Of a DNA stretch of 64,000 nucleotides, positions 25,546-38,081 are shown one piece after another. The notes under the pieces were generated by a model. That model made no database searches, was not told the origin of the DNA, and saw only the letters and a program-made list of their open reading frames with translations. The position numbers were made by a program, and so were the translations under genes. This DNA is from Mytilus edulis. Taxonomy: Eukaryota. The DNA lies in the NCBI RefSeq assembly GCF_963676685.1, contig NC_092344.1, forward strand, positions 49,724,001 to 49,788,000, read 5' to 3'. Numbering within the stretch: the first letter of the stretch is position 1; each line of letters starts with the position of its first letter.

Positions 25546-27183
25546 TTAATTCTGACCAAAAACAGATACCGTTCTATTGCCTTGGGAAAGAATCATTTTT
25601 GAGAAATTACTGGTAAAGCAAATTCCAACATATTGAAAACATTGTTCATCCTTTATTACGATGTCCATAAATGTACCATCTGGCTTCAGTCTACAAATAC
25701 CTTTTTCAAAAACAACAATGTAAACGTAACCATTGTTGTCAACTGCTATCTTCCACATATTATCTGTATTAGGTGTGGAGTATGTATAAACAAATGTACC
25801 ATCGTTTCTTATACATCCCATAACCTTTCTTGCAGTGTAATAGATATTTCCAGATTTATCCAAAGAAATAAACCAAGGTGACTCTTTCTTATTTTTGGTT
25901 TTTACTGACCGAATAAATCTTCCCTCTAGATCCAAAATGTTAATGTTCCCTTTGGTTCCAGCAAATATGTTTTTATGTGTAGCAGCAACTCCTCCTTGAT
26001 TACTTTCCTTTACTGACATTGTTCTAGAAATTTTCTTCTGATCAAAATCAACAAACTGTAAGACTTCTTCTTGGTCAGATGTCAGAACACCTAAGTTTTT
26101 TCCAGGGATTAGAGCAATATCCCAAGGTTGGTGTTTGGTATCAATTTGAAACTTGTAATTATCATTATCGTCATATACCAATATTCTACCACAGTCATTG
26201 TTGTCAACTAAGATGACTTCGTTATTATCATTTATTGTCATTCCGTAAATGCGTGCGTTCTCTATCTCTAAATCTCGTTTATGAACAAAGTTTGGCAAAC
26301 TAAGAGGTTGAACAATTGGCATTTGGGATTGACATTTTTTCTTCTGAACAAATTTTACGGCAGACTGAACTTCGATTAGTTCTATTGACCCGAGAGAGTT
26401 TATAGATTCCAGTGACTTCTCAGGATTTAGACTTATTTTAAATCTGGTTAACTTTTCTGTGATACCAGCTACTCTTTTCTCCAGATCTGTGAGATCTTGT
26501 TTGTACGCGTGAGCAGCAAGAAACGCTTGCTTTTCAGAACCATGTTTGTCTACAAGATCAAATATATCTTTTTTGTCTTTTGTCTTTTTTTCGATATCTT
26601 CTGTTTCATTAATTGTTGTCTTCGATTTCTGTATTATTTCATCTTTTTTTATATCTAGATCATGAAGTAAAGACTTTTCAAGAGCTTCAATGTGCCTAAT
26701 TGCTTCTTCTTTTACTATCTTTACAGCCGTTTTGACTGAATTAGCTTCCTTTACGACATTTTCAATACAACTCTTTTCGTCTTTACCAATTGTATGTGTG
26801 GTTTCTAAAACATGTTCTACAAGTTCCGTGGCATCTAAAAATGACTGGGACTGCTTTGCACCTTTACATGCTATATCCACAGACATCACCTTCTGGCAAG
26901 AGCGATGGTTTTCTGCTAGACATTCTTTGCAAGATAGAACATCATGATCGATACAAAAATACTCAAATGGCATTTTATCGTGTTTCAAACAGGAATGTTC
27001 TACGATAAGTGTGTGAGCCGGCATTTTACTGATATCTATGAGTTCATGATGCCGAAGCATTTTCATGGATCGATGGTTTTCTGTGCATTCTGAACATAGA
27101 GCCTCTTCACAAATTACACACCAATGAATGGAAACGTTATTTCTGTCCCGAATTTTGCATGGTTCACACTTAACTTTCTCCAT
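25546..27183 (-). CDS. TRIM-like protein: B-box1, B-box2, coiled coil and NHL-like beta-propeller; no RING; single coding exon, 545 aa
   Basis: B-box1 CEPC...WCVICEEALCSECTENH...HH and B-box2 CLKH...YFCIDHDVLSCKECLAENH. A heptad-rich middle region is followed by repeats such as PWDIAL, PWFISLDKSGNIYY and WKIAVDNNGYVYIV. The acceptor gttttctgttttag|aaaATG directly precedes the start codon. Confidence 0.9.
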   Translation of the reverse strand: MEKVKCEPCKIRDRNNVSIHWCVICEEALCSECTENHRSMKMLRHHELIDISKMPAHTLIVEHSCLKHDKMPFEYFCIDHDVLSCKECLAENHRSCQKVMSVDIACKGAKQSQSFLDATELVEHVLETTHTIGKDEKSCIENVVKEANSVKTAVKIVKEEAIRHIEALEKSLLHDLDIKKDEIIQKSKTTINETEDIEKKTKDKKDIFDLVDKHGSEKQAFLAAHAYKQDLTDLEKRVAGITEKLTRFKISLNPEKSLESINSLGSIELIEVQSAVKFVQKKKCQSQMPIVQPLSLPNFVHKRDLEIENARIYGMTINDNNEVILVDNNDCGRILVYDDNDNYKFQIDTKHQPWDIALIPGKNLGVLTSDQEEVLQFVDFDQKKISRTMSVKESNQGGVAATHKNIFAGTKGNINILDLEGRFIRSVKTKNKKESPWFISLDKSGNIYYTARKVMGCIRNDGTFVYTYSTPNTDNMWKIAVDNNGYVYIVVFEKGICRLKPDGTFMDIVIKDEQCFQYVGICFTSNFSKMILSQGNRTVSVFGQN

Positions 27184-27271
27184 TTTCTAAAACAGAAAAC
27201 AAAATGAAAGAAAGTGCATGTTATTATTGTCTTGTAATAGTTATCAAAGGTACCAGGATTATAATTTAGTA

Positions 27272-27313
27272 TGCCAGAGGCGCGTTTCGTCTACATAAGA
27301 CTCATCAGTGATG
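27272..27313 (-). ncRNA. Hammerhead motif with a stem III mismatch, in the TRIM-like gene intron
   Basis: Minus strand reads gcatca-CTGATGA-gtct-tatgt-agac-GAAA-cgcgcc-TC-tggca. Confidence 0.6.
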
Positions 27314-27588
27314 CTCATATCGAAATATTTTAAAGCCAAACAAGTACAAATAATTGTTATGGATCAAAATATGATTTTTTTAACTCGCTTCCGACACCCC
27401 GAATGTGAGTTTAAAACCACAAATGAAAGCTGCTACGAAAAATGTATCATGTTTGGAGCTGGTTCGCTGCAATGCAGAGCAATGATGATCAGTAAATAGC
27501 TAATTTTGTATCACTTGATTTACAAACATTTCAAGCTTCTTAATCGAATTTGATTACAAATATCTTCGAAGGCAAAAGATCATTTCTA

Positions 27589-27620
<32 letters not shown>

Positions 27621-27629
27621 TCTTACATT

Positions 27630-28259
27630 ACGTTTCAATAGATTTAAAGAGCAATGGTATATTGATTTAATGTCAAACGAGCGTAGTAAACTACGTACTT
27701 ACAGACTGTTCAAAAGTGAATTTGGTGAAGAAAATTATTTATTAAAAATTATACCTGGTAGATATAGGAGTGCCTATGCCAAATTTAGAAGTGGTACTGC
27801 TCCTTTGAAAATTGAGACTGGAAGGTATGAAGGTATTTTAGTTGAAAATAGAACTTGTTATAACAGTATTTGTAATGAAAATCTTTTAATTGAAGATGAA
27901 AAACATGTATTAATGAATTGTCCTGTGTATGAAGATTCGCGTTGTTATTTGTTTTATCAAGCATCTCTAATTAATGTAAATTTTATGCAATTGTCTGATG
28001 ACGATAAATTTATATTTTTATTAACAGATGAAAATATGTACTTTTATACTGCCAAAATCTGCAATGACATTTTATTGAAAAGAAAATGTATTTTATATAG
28101 CTAGTTTTAGTGTAAATACTGTATATACATTTTAGATAGTCTCTCATAACTCTTTTTAGAGTGGCTCTTGTATGTTTTATGATGTTGTTTTATCAACTGT
28201 TTGTATGTTTTATATAATGAAGAGATGAGACTTAAATAAAATATTGTCTTGTCTTGTCT
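27630..28259 (+). mobile_element. 5'-truncated non-LTR retrotransposon (L2/CR1-group ORF2 C-terminus plus 3' tail)
   Basis: KLRTYRLFK...AKFRSGTAPLKIETGRY...RTC...C...IEDEKHVLMNCPVY is a typical LINE C-terminal region. The tail has AATAAA followed by (gtctt)n. Confidence 0.85.
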
Positions 28260-28271
28260 ACATTGATTCCA

Positions 28272-28391
28272 GTGGATTATCGGATTTATCCAATCTCGAT
28301 AGTTTAATTATCAATTTTAAAGTCCCAGCCTCGGCGAGGACTTTAAAATTTATAATTTAACTATTGAGATTGGATAAATCCGATAATCCAC
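28272..28391. repeat. Long near-perfect palindrome (about 54-bp arms)
   Basis: gtggattatcggatttatccaatctc...aaagtcc, a 12-nt loop, then ggacttt...gagattggataaatccgataatccac. Confidence 0.85.
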
Positions 28392-29183
28392 GAGTAACTA
28401 TATGTAACACTCTGTTTCTCTAGTGATTAAAAAATAAATTTTTTTTTTTGGTTAAACGAAAATCGAAAATCCCATTCGAGAACCTTTCACATTCCACGAA
28501 GTTGCCAATTTATTAACACCGGTTTCCAATTATTTTTATTTCATCCAGTTAATTAAAAAGGTAATGACCCTTTAAGTCATCCAATTATCTTCTTCAATCA
28601 CCCGCAAACACAAATTGATTTTTTTTTATACAATGGGTTCCAAAAGGGATAAATTTCCATATTAGAGAAAAAATAATACCTTTAGATCTACAGAATTACA
28701 ATAAGGCGACAGTAGTTTCCGATATTAAAATTTAGTGGCTCGATTAAGAATATATATTTCATCAATTTATACATGTACACTGAACATGCACATTATATGT
28801 AAATGCCAAGTTGGAAAAGTAAAAAGTTGAAATCATAATGTTTGTCACTGTTTCCAACTTAAAAATCACTAATCGTTTACTATACTGAGCTGCGTCATTG
28901 CTGCGAAGCAGATGTGCTGTCAATCAAGGAATATAATCTGCTTCACATTATATCTAAAGGTGATAAAAAAAGAAAAATATCAACATGATCAAAGTGGTGT
29001 TTACAAATCGAAAACCAAAAGTCCTATGAAGACAGAAAATATCGGATTAGTCCCTTCAAATGCCAACCAGTGTTCATGTTTCTCTGAGTCTTTTGATATT
29101 GTGTACATTATTATGTTACATATAGATGCGACTTTGAATTGAATCTTCTTACTTACCTGTTGGTGTCTAATAGAACCGACTTA

Positions 29184-30630
29184 GGCCGTGTTCACATCAA
29201 ACGCCGTGTACAGTAAACATGTTTACATGTGGTTTAATGTAATGTACACAAGTTAATATTAAATTTGTTCACATCTATACACCTTGTTTAGCTACCTGTA
29301 CATAAGATTTGTTCACATTTGTAAACTATATGTCATTTAAATATTGATTACGAAGCAACCGAATTCAAATTTTCGAACAACTTTTCTAGCAGTTAGGGAA
29401 CGACCATTTGACTTTAAAAAAAAGGGGATGGATTTTTCCACAATTTGATTTAAAAAAATTCGGGTCATTCAGATGATTAGAATGAACAAATATTCTGAAT
29501 CCAAAGTTTCCCCATACATTGAAGTGTAAAATATTGAATTGGTACTATCGAAAAAACACAGCTAATTATAAACTTTCGCGCGAGAAAAAAATCTGACTCA
29601 CAACCCCTCCCCTTTTTTTAAGTAAAGTGGTTGCTCCTTTAAAAAAGTCATTTTGGATGTAGTTTAAAGATGTCTCGATTACGCATTAAAAACATAGGCT
29701 CGCCATCACCGTGCTTACAGACGAAGAAAAAGAATTACGATGTTAAGGATCACTACATTTTTATCTTTTCTGTTTGTTTCAAGTGGTATTTTTTCTCCAA
29801 GGAGCAGTTGGCAAAGGGAGGGGTAATGTTTTTTTTAATTTTATTTCTAATTGTATTTTAACGGATCTGAGATACTACACAAACAAACAATTAACCTCAC
29901 CCATTTTTCAGTAATAAATTTGAGAAAGGAAATGGGGAATGTGTCAAAGCAACAACAACCCGACAACAGCCGAAAGCCACCATTGTGTCTTCAATGTGAC
30001 GAGAAACTCCCGCACCCATAGGCGTCCTTCAGTTGGCCCCTTAAAAAATATGTATACTAGTACAATGATAATGGACGTCATACTTAACTCCAAATTATAC
30101 ACAAGAAACTAAAATTAAAAATCATACAAGACTAACAAAGGCCAGAGGCTTTTATGAGTGAATCGTTGTTTGAGCATAAAGACCATTGGCAACTATGTCT
30201 GTCAGTGTGTACGTCCAATTGATTCGGGAAGACCTTTTCAAATGACTTATAAATGTGTTCGGCAATGATGATGGATGAGTCTTGATAAGGGGTTAATAAG
30301 GCTAGGTAAAGTGTTTTTATAACAAATAAATATATCAAGTTTAGACAAATATTTCTGTAAAGAACTTTATTAATAAGTGTTATAAACATAAATTTTATAT
30401 AAAAATTGTTTCTTTTTTAAATAAACATGGGAAAATTTAAGTTCTGAAAGCCTAGTTTTGTGTACACTTAACCTACACAAGGCCTACATCGACTAACGAC
30501 TTCATGTAAACAAAACATGATTTAAACTACATGTAAACATTGAGTTTTATCAATGGGAACGTAATTATGTTTATTTTATGTGTTAATTACACTAACACAA
30601 CACCGAGTTTAGGTCAATGTGAACACGGCC
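29184..30630. mobile_element. Non-autonomous PIF/Harbinger element with nested repeats
   Basis: TIR ggccgtgttcacat / atgtgaacacggcc. TSD TTA at 29181-29183 and 30631-30633. A nested MITE lies at about 29396-29637 and another repeat at about 29910-30150. Confidence 0.85.
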
Positions 30631-30854
30631 TTAGTCAAAGTTTCAAAGTCCATTACATTTAAATCAAACCCTACGTGTACATATATAGATATTTGTGTTT
30701 ACTTGTATGGTGAATTATACACATTATTTATATATAGCGGTTTAGTTGACGATACCAATGTCACAATTAAAACTGACAATATATTATTATTATTACGTGG
30801 TATCACTATGACATAGATATTTATTCAAGTGCATATTAGAATTATTAAACTTAC

Positions 30855-30895
30855 CTAATCTTTGTCAACTTCAAATATGGCTACCCGGAAGGGAA
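30855..30895 (-). promoter_or_regulatory. Candidate promoter / first non-coding exon of the TRIM-like gene
   Basis: Strong donor attag|gtaagt next to an Ets-like CCGGAAG and a YY1-like AAATATGGC. A second donor aacag|gtaagt ends at 29157. The link to the TRIM-like CDS is inferred only. Confidence 0.4.
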
Positions 30896-31287
30896 AAACG
30901 TCAATTTGTTCAGTGTTCATGTATGGTCTATGTTTAAAAATAGAAAAAAAAGTATACAAAATATTGCCAAGTTGTAATCTTTATTTATCATAGATTCATG
31001 TTTCGATTATCGTATTAACATCATTAATCAGGCGAATTAAGCAAATAATGAGTAGATGTTTTCTTAGTGAAATTGAATTAACAGTCAAGTACGAAAAACA
31101 AAAATCTATTGAAATAAATATCATCAAAATGGGATAACCTATTATTTGGAAGTTCCTGAGTAATGATATATATTTTTTTTAAATAAATTTAAATTTAACA
31201 CAAACATTTGACAGGAAATCTAGAGTATCTATTCCAAAAACGATCGAAGACCACCGTTAAGCAACATCTAAATTATGTTGGAAGTAA

Positions 31288-33006
31288 AGCCCGGTACCAC
31301 TAGACCACAATAGCACCACGCTCACCGCGATATGAAATAAATTCAGATCGTGGTGAGGTCGCAGTATGCGCGGCGCGGCATGAAAATGTAAACTTTCGTT
31401 GTTTTCATGATGATACTGCGTCCTTGTTACGCTTTTACAACGATCCCGCTCTTAGGATTATACCACGTTCTCATCACGCTTTTTGTACGATTATCATGAT
31501 CCTACTACGCACATGAATTTATTACTACGACTATACCACGAGTTATCTGATCGCAACACGATCTTACCATCCTTCTTTCTACTGCGATAATGGCAAGTTG
31601 GATATGAGCGTCACTGATGAGTCTTATGTATACGAAACGCGCGTCTGGCGTACTGAATTATTCTCCTGGTACCTTTAATAACTATTAACCATGATTATAC
31701 TACCTTCATACCGCGATCTTAAATTACGTTCTAAGCAATAGCGTGAACATCGTGTTCCATATGAATACTGTTTCATTCCTTCTACTTTTGATTAATACGT
31801 AGATTTCTCGGAAACAACACCGTCATGCCATCGAAATCTACTAGAACACGTGGGTGTGATGGTAGGGGTAGATGTGGAGGCAGATAGAGCTCTGATAGTA
31901 ACGAATTCTGATCCAGCAGAAATGTCGGACCGACCAATCCAACCTAAATTACAACCTATTGCAGGTCCACCAAGCTCAAATAAGGATATTAAGGTAGCAC
32001 TCCACAGTATAAAATAAAATTGAAAATGAACCACACAATGTTTTATCATCTCCTATTCCTTGATTTCTTATACATTACCCTAACTGTTTGTGTTGTACAT
32101 GGGCATATGTATGTTATCATTATCTTCCATAGATTTGATTTTCAAAAGTTAATAGTATAGGGTGAAATATAATTCCTTTTAAGTGTATCCATGGCAATAT
32201 TCTGTAATTATTTACCATAAAATATTGCAAAAAGGGGGGTGAACATGTCACATATCCCCATAATCTTTGGATCAATCTTAAATTTCAATGCCTTTGAGCG
32301 ATACCTTTTTAGAAACTAATGACATTAATCTTCCTTACGATCAAATAAAAAATGGGTGTCTTTCGCCTCATTTTTCGTACAATTTAATTACAAAGTTCGT
32401 GCGAAAAAAAAGTTGGAAAATAACCTTACAATAATTGCCAGACCAATTTATGATATGGATATGCAAATATGGAGACTGTGATACAGAACACAGTCTATAT
32501 TACATGCATGACATAATCTTGATGTTCAAATAAACCCAATATGAAGTAACACACACACAAACAAAACCTTGAGAGATTTAAATATATTTTATGTGAATGA
32601 TGGTCGTAGTATGAACGTAGTCAGGTCGTAAGTAGAGCGTGATGAGTCCGGCATGTGCGTGCTAGAATTGTACTATGGTATTGAACAGCGTGGTGTAAAC
32701 GTGGTACAGGCGTAGTTGGAGCGTAGTCGTAATATCATCGCTGTGAGATCGTAGCGCAGTCTCTCCGAATCGAATCACGCTTTCGATACGGCCATACGCT
32801 CTCGCTACGATAGTTCAGCGACCTTTGCGATCTTACCACGACCTTAGTGCGCTCTCACAACGCTTCTACTACGACCGCATCACGATTGTTTTGGCCACGC
32901 TCATCTCGATTTTGAAGACCTAACCACGACCGTATACGACCTTACTGCACGATCGCAGTACGATCGTCAAAATTTGCATTTTTTATAGATCATAGTGCGA
33001 TCGTGG
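31288..33006. mobile_element. Decayed Harbinger-like DNA transposon with ACG/CGT-rich subterminal repeats
   Basis: Starts taa|agcccggtaccactagaccac. The right end is a partial inverted match (gatcatagtgcgatcgtgg). It contains a stop-ridden basic ORF remnant (MPSKSTRTRG...) and a nested hammerhead fragment at 31609-31650. Confidence 0.5.
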
Positions 33007-33583
33007 GCACAACCTACAGACTCCAGGTATTTTGCTGTAATACAAAATATTGATAAATTTTGCTCAGATTAAAGTTGGTTTGTGTTGCTTCATTGCTAAG
33101 GATGCGTCATTCAGGACTAGATCATGTCAAAGTCATAACTATTTGTTCGGGAGCGTGACATGCCTTCTGCAGATTGTTAGTTGATTCGTAATAAATACAG
33201 TTTAGTGTGTCAGTCTAGTACAAAGACGGGTATACATTCGTGTATTCGTTGCCCTAATATGTTATATGATATTTTCCTCTATACTTTGAACACAGACCCA
33301 TCACCAAGCGGACAGTACATACTTAAAGATAATTTACAAAAATCAGTGAATGTATAGTAGACTTCATGACCCGTCTAACCCTTGCTGAAGGCGTCCGCTT
33401 TTTGTTCATCGTTGAAAATGAAAATAGTATTTCGAATATGTTTGTGCTCCGCAGCGCTTTTTTTTAAATTAATTTCAAATTATCAGAAATGCTCAAACCT
33501 GAAAAAATATATTTAAGGAGGTACAGATAAATATTACTTATTTGACCAAAAGAGACATAAAGAGAAAGCCAAATTCATCTGAG

Positions 33584-33626
<43 letters not shown>

Positions 33627-35088
33627 AAGTAACATTAGTTTAATCATGGAAGTATTATTTAAAATATGACTTCCATGGTGTAGTATATCATCAGAGAATT
33701 TAAAAATTAAGTAAGTAATAGCACCTGAGATAACCCCTCCTTTTTGGTGGGGCTCGTATTGCTAAGTCTTTAGTTTTCTATATTTTGTCTTGTGAACTAT
33801 TATTTTGTCTGTTTGTCGTTTTCTTTTTTAGCCATGGCGTTGTCAGTTTATTTTCTATCTATTAGTTTAAATGTCCCTCTGATATCTTCGCCCCTCTTTA
33901 ATAAATTGTCTGTACAGACACACTGACTTCTAATCTGATGATGTTATTGGGCCTTAATCGTCAACCAGCTGTGGTATCGACTTAATCCTAGTAATTGAAA
34001 TAAAAAAAAAAACTTTTAAATACTCCATACTAATACATTTGTTAATCTAAAAAAAAAAAGATTATACCAAAAGTAGTATTTTAGTTTTTTCAGAAGACTA
34101 CAATATGCACATGATTTTTGCAAATTGAAAAACGCACTATACCAAAATATATACGCTTTCTTTAAATCAAAGCGAAAAAAGACATTCCTAAAATTTTACT
34201 TCAAAAATAATTTTGAATTCTAACCAAAATAAATGCATAAACCAATGAATCACAACAACTGTACAAAATGGTGTTCCAATCCACAAATTCCAAGACGTTT
34301 GTAGATTTTTGCTTTGTTTTTCAAATTATTTTTTTAATTTTTTTTAAATAACTTATTTTTACGAAATTGAACAAAATAATGACACATCTACATAGTCTAA
34401 TTAGGCACCCAATATATGCTATTTGAGTTTTTATTTTCTGAAAATAAATGAAGTATAAAAAAAAAGGACAAACGTTAAATCCATAGTGTTCCTGCATCCT
34501 CCATACGGGTCATAGCTATAATAATAATTTTCGGCATTTGATGTCTTATCCTTTGACGAGAAAAGTCTGTAATTCTGATCTTATCTAAGCCAATAGCTGT
34601 TGCTGGATCTCAGCCGCATCATAAAGCAAACACTCAGAATCTATATGTGATAAGTAATTACTTCAAGAGGGCTATGCATAGGGTGGTTGCATTCCTATGG
34701 CAAAAAAGCTTGAAAATACAAATGTAAAAAGTAATTATAAAAAGAAAATGTGGTATGATTGCCAATCAGAAAACTCTCTACAAAGGACCAAAATGACACA
34801 GACATTAACAACTTTAGGTAACCGTACGGCTTTCAACAATGAGCAAAGCCTATACCGCATAGTCAGATATAAAGCTATAAAAGGCCCCGAAATGACAATG
34901 TAAAACAATTCAAACAAGAAAACAAACGGCCTTATGTATGTGCAAAAAAAGAAAGAAAAACAAATATGTAACACATAAACAAACGACAACCACTGAATTG
35001 CAGGCGCCTGACTTTGGACAGGCACATACATACAGAATGTGCCGGGGTATGTTCACTTGTTTGTGTTCACATGTCTTTTGAGTGAGTT

Positions 35089-35446
35089 TACACCACTGGG
35101 TCGATGCCACTGCTGGTGGACGTTTCGTCCCATAGGGTATCACCAGCCAAGTAGTCAACACTTCGGTGTTGACATGAATATCAGTTATGTGGTCATTTAT
35201 ATAAATTTCCTGTTAACAAAACTTTGAATTTTTCGAAAAACTAAGGATTTTCTTGTCACAGGAATAGATTACCTTAGCCGTATTTGGCACAACTTTTTGT
35301 AATTTTGGATCCTCAATACTCTTCAACTATCATGTACTTGTTTGGCTTTATAACTATTTTGATATGAGCGTAACTTATGAGTCTTATGTAGACGAAACGC
35401 GCGTCTGGCGTACTAAATTATAATCCTGGTACTTTTGATAACTATT
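35089..35446 (+). mobile_element. Near-complete monomer of the second retrozyme family (CUGAUGA type); core mutated to CTTATGA
   Basis: Shares the caccactgggtcgatgcc...caccagcc..cttcgg domain with the 350-nt unit. Hammerhead remnant at about 35369-35410. Confidence 0.8.
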
Positions 35447-36606
35447 TGGCCTTTTCAATTTATATTTAATTTATAGTGTGACTGTCTATATTGTGAAGTT
35501 ACACTATTGTTTCAGGTAAGGGTGAAGATTCGTACCTATCTAAACGTTTGAACCCGCTGCATTTGTCTGTACTTGACCAAACTGAGGAACTTAATGCTCA
35601 GTTCTTGTCCATGTTTGTTCATGTTTGTTCATGTGGTTCATAAATGTTTCTCCTTTTTCATATAGATAAGACCGTCGGTCTTCTGTTTGAATGGTTTTAA
35701 ACTAGTCATTTTTGGGGCCATTAACATTTTGCTGTTCGGTGCTCCGTATCACAGACGGTACCTTGATCTATAATGGTTTACTTTTACAAATTGTGACTTT
35801 AATCGATAGTTATCTCATTGGTACTCATACCAAATCTTCTTATCAACCAGTAAAACAGTTTTACAACTGGCAATATCAAATATAATTCTTTTAACTATGT
35901 TATTAATTTTGTGCTGCGCATATGTAACTACCAGTCCGGGTGGTTTGAGATTAATTCAGAGAAATTGTTTAATGACAAAAGCTAAATATGTTTTTCTATG
36001 CTAAACATAATGCATAGAAGGAGATTAATTAAATCATAAGTCAATAACGCAAAGTTGGGTTATTATATAGGCCATTGTTATATTATAGTTCATTTCTGTG
36101 CGTGTTAATTTTTAATGTTGTGTTTCTGTTGTGTCGTAGTTCTCCTATTATATTTGATGTGTTTCTGTTGTGTTGTTGTTCTCAACTGATTATACATCTT
36201 TGATATATGTTTTGATATTTTCTAAAGTGTTTTAATGTAAAATAGAACATTTTTTTGTCAATTTAAATGCAAAAAAAAAAAAAAAAGAACCATATGTGGA
36301 TGCACAGGATATTTTTCTATATTGTCTGTAATTTGTCGTCATTACTTATAAAAAAAATCAAACACATCAATAAGTTTGCACTCAAAACGTTTAGAGGATA
36401 TTTTTCTTTTTTTGTTGTTGTGCTGATTGGTAGCTGTTTCCTTCAGGTAAACGCTATTTCTTTTCTATTTTTCAATTTTTTTAATACAGTTTCAATGATG
36501 AGAAGTACAACTGAATAAAATAAAGAAAACAAACTGTGTTCAACATTTTATTTTATAAAAAAAACAATACTGTTAGTGTGAAGTCTGGATTTCAGTGATA
36601 TGTTGT

Positions 36607-38081
36607 TCATGGTTTGTATCCTTTAGATGGTCTCCTTCTACAAATCATGTGACAATTAACAGAAGCACAGTATTTGTTCGTTGGACAATCGCCATCACTA
36701 AAACAGTCGTTTTTACAATCAGTTTTTGCTCCTACCATTGACTGAGAAACGAATCCTGAACCGGAAGAACGTGCTGATCCGCTTCGTCTGGATGAAACTG
36801 TATCTATAACATCAAGTCCACTACGTCTAGAAGAGATTGCGTCAAGAATATCAGAACCTGTATGACCGGACACTCCACGGCTACTACCTAAAGTGTCCAA
36901 ATGAGAACTTCTAGCCAGACCGGATGAACCAATTCTTCTGCCAGAGGATAAATGACCATCATTACTTGAAACTCGGGTCAACCTAGATGATGAACTTCTA
37001 ATCATTTCTGAGATTGCGTTACCTCTGTTTATAGAGTCTGACAATCGTGATGTACCAATTATACTTCCAGAAGAAATGTCGACGCAGTAACTGCTACAAC
37101 CATCATGTACACATTTTTGTCCTGAACGACATACTTTGTCTACTCCACATCCATAATGACAGTTACTATCATCGTCAGATAAAGTAAGTGACAAACCCAC
37201 TGATGAGTCTCTTATGATTTCAGATGAAGAGGTCCTGCCACCAAAAGAGCCCCCAGATAAACCTCTACTGGCTGATGACCCGCGTGTTATAAATTCATTG
37301 CCTATTCCATGTGATGTTCCAACAGCTCTTGATCCTGCTCGTCTATTTGCATCAATAACGTCTAAAACAGAAAGTGATTCGCCACCACGACGCCCGGTTA
37401 TGTCTCTTCCTAGTGTGCTTTCGACTACTAAAGTCGTCTTACCTCCACGTGTAACTGATGCATGTTTTCCAGTTGGTGCATATACTGTGAAATAGATATT
37501 TGACATTATTGCACAAATATACACGAGACAGTTTTAATCTATATATTAATATAAGGACATCTGGTACTTTTGCTTATAAGACATCAATCCAATTTGAATC
37601 AAATGACAGGAATGTTTACAACTGTAGGAACCTAACGATTTCAGCACTGTAGAAATCTCATACTGTTTAGCAAGATAAAAATGTAAATAAGTTGAGCATG
37701 ATCTGCTTGCCTTTTTGGCGCACCTGTGTGATTGTGTTGCTCAGTTTTTAATGTTTTTATGAAGGGTTTTATGTACTATTATTTGTCCTCATTACACAAT
37801 ATTAAAACATATGAATTAGTAAACCATTCATTTAAATTTTTTCTTTAATAATTTACTAAAATAAATACAATTTGGAATGATAAATTCATATGTACTGAAA
37901 TTATCTTCATTTAAGATTTTTGTTTGTTGAGGTATTTGGATTTTTTTTTGTATCAAAACATCGAAAATCCTTTTGTAGAATAACCTATGAATTTTGAGAA
38001 GGCAAATCGAATATTTCTCTTACCGGCTAGTGTTACTGTTGCCAATGCCAACAGAAATAAAACGGTCTGGAATCTCATCAT
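36607..38081 (-). CDS. Copy C: secreted Ser/Gly/Arg-rich protein with two 6-Cys WAP-like modules, 311 aa; join(38081..38024, 37484..36607)
   Basis: A 58-nt exon encodes the signal peptide MMRFQTVLFLLALATVTLA. A phase-1 intron (gtaag...tttcacag) joins it in frame to YAPTGKH..., open to TGA. AATAAA near 36547-36552. Confidence 0.92.

Noticed and set aside
27550-28104. 184-aa ORF as a host gene
   Set aside because: It is a LINE ORF2 C-terminus, read through a (TA)n tract from a non-ATG start.
33586-33621. Long poly(A) run as the tail of a processed pseudogene
   Set aside because: No upstream ORF, clear poly(A) signal or TSD was found.
37485-37524. ORF-track N-termini of copies C and D and of ZNF1 (MYICAIMS..., MFDISF..., MFSDIY...)
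   Set aside because: These are intronic read-through upstream of clear splice acceptors. The track's start for copy E (61140) is an internal GTG.
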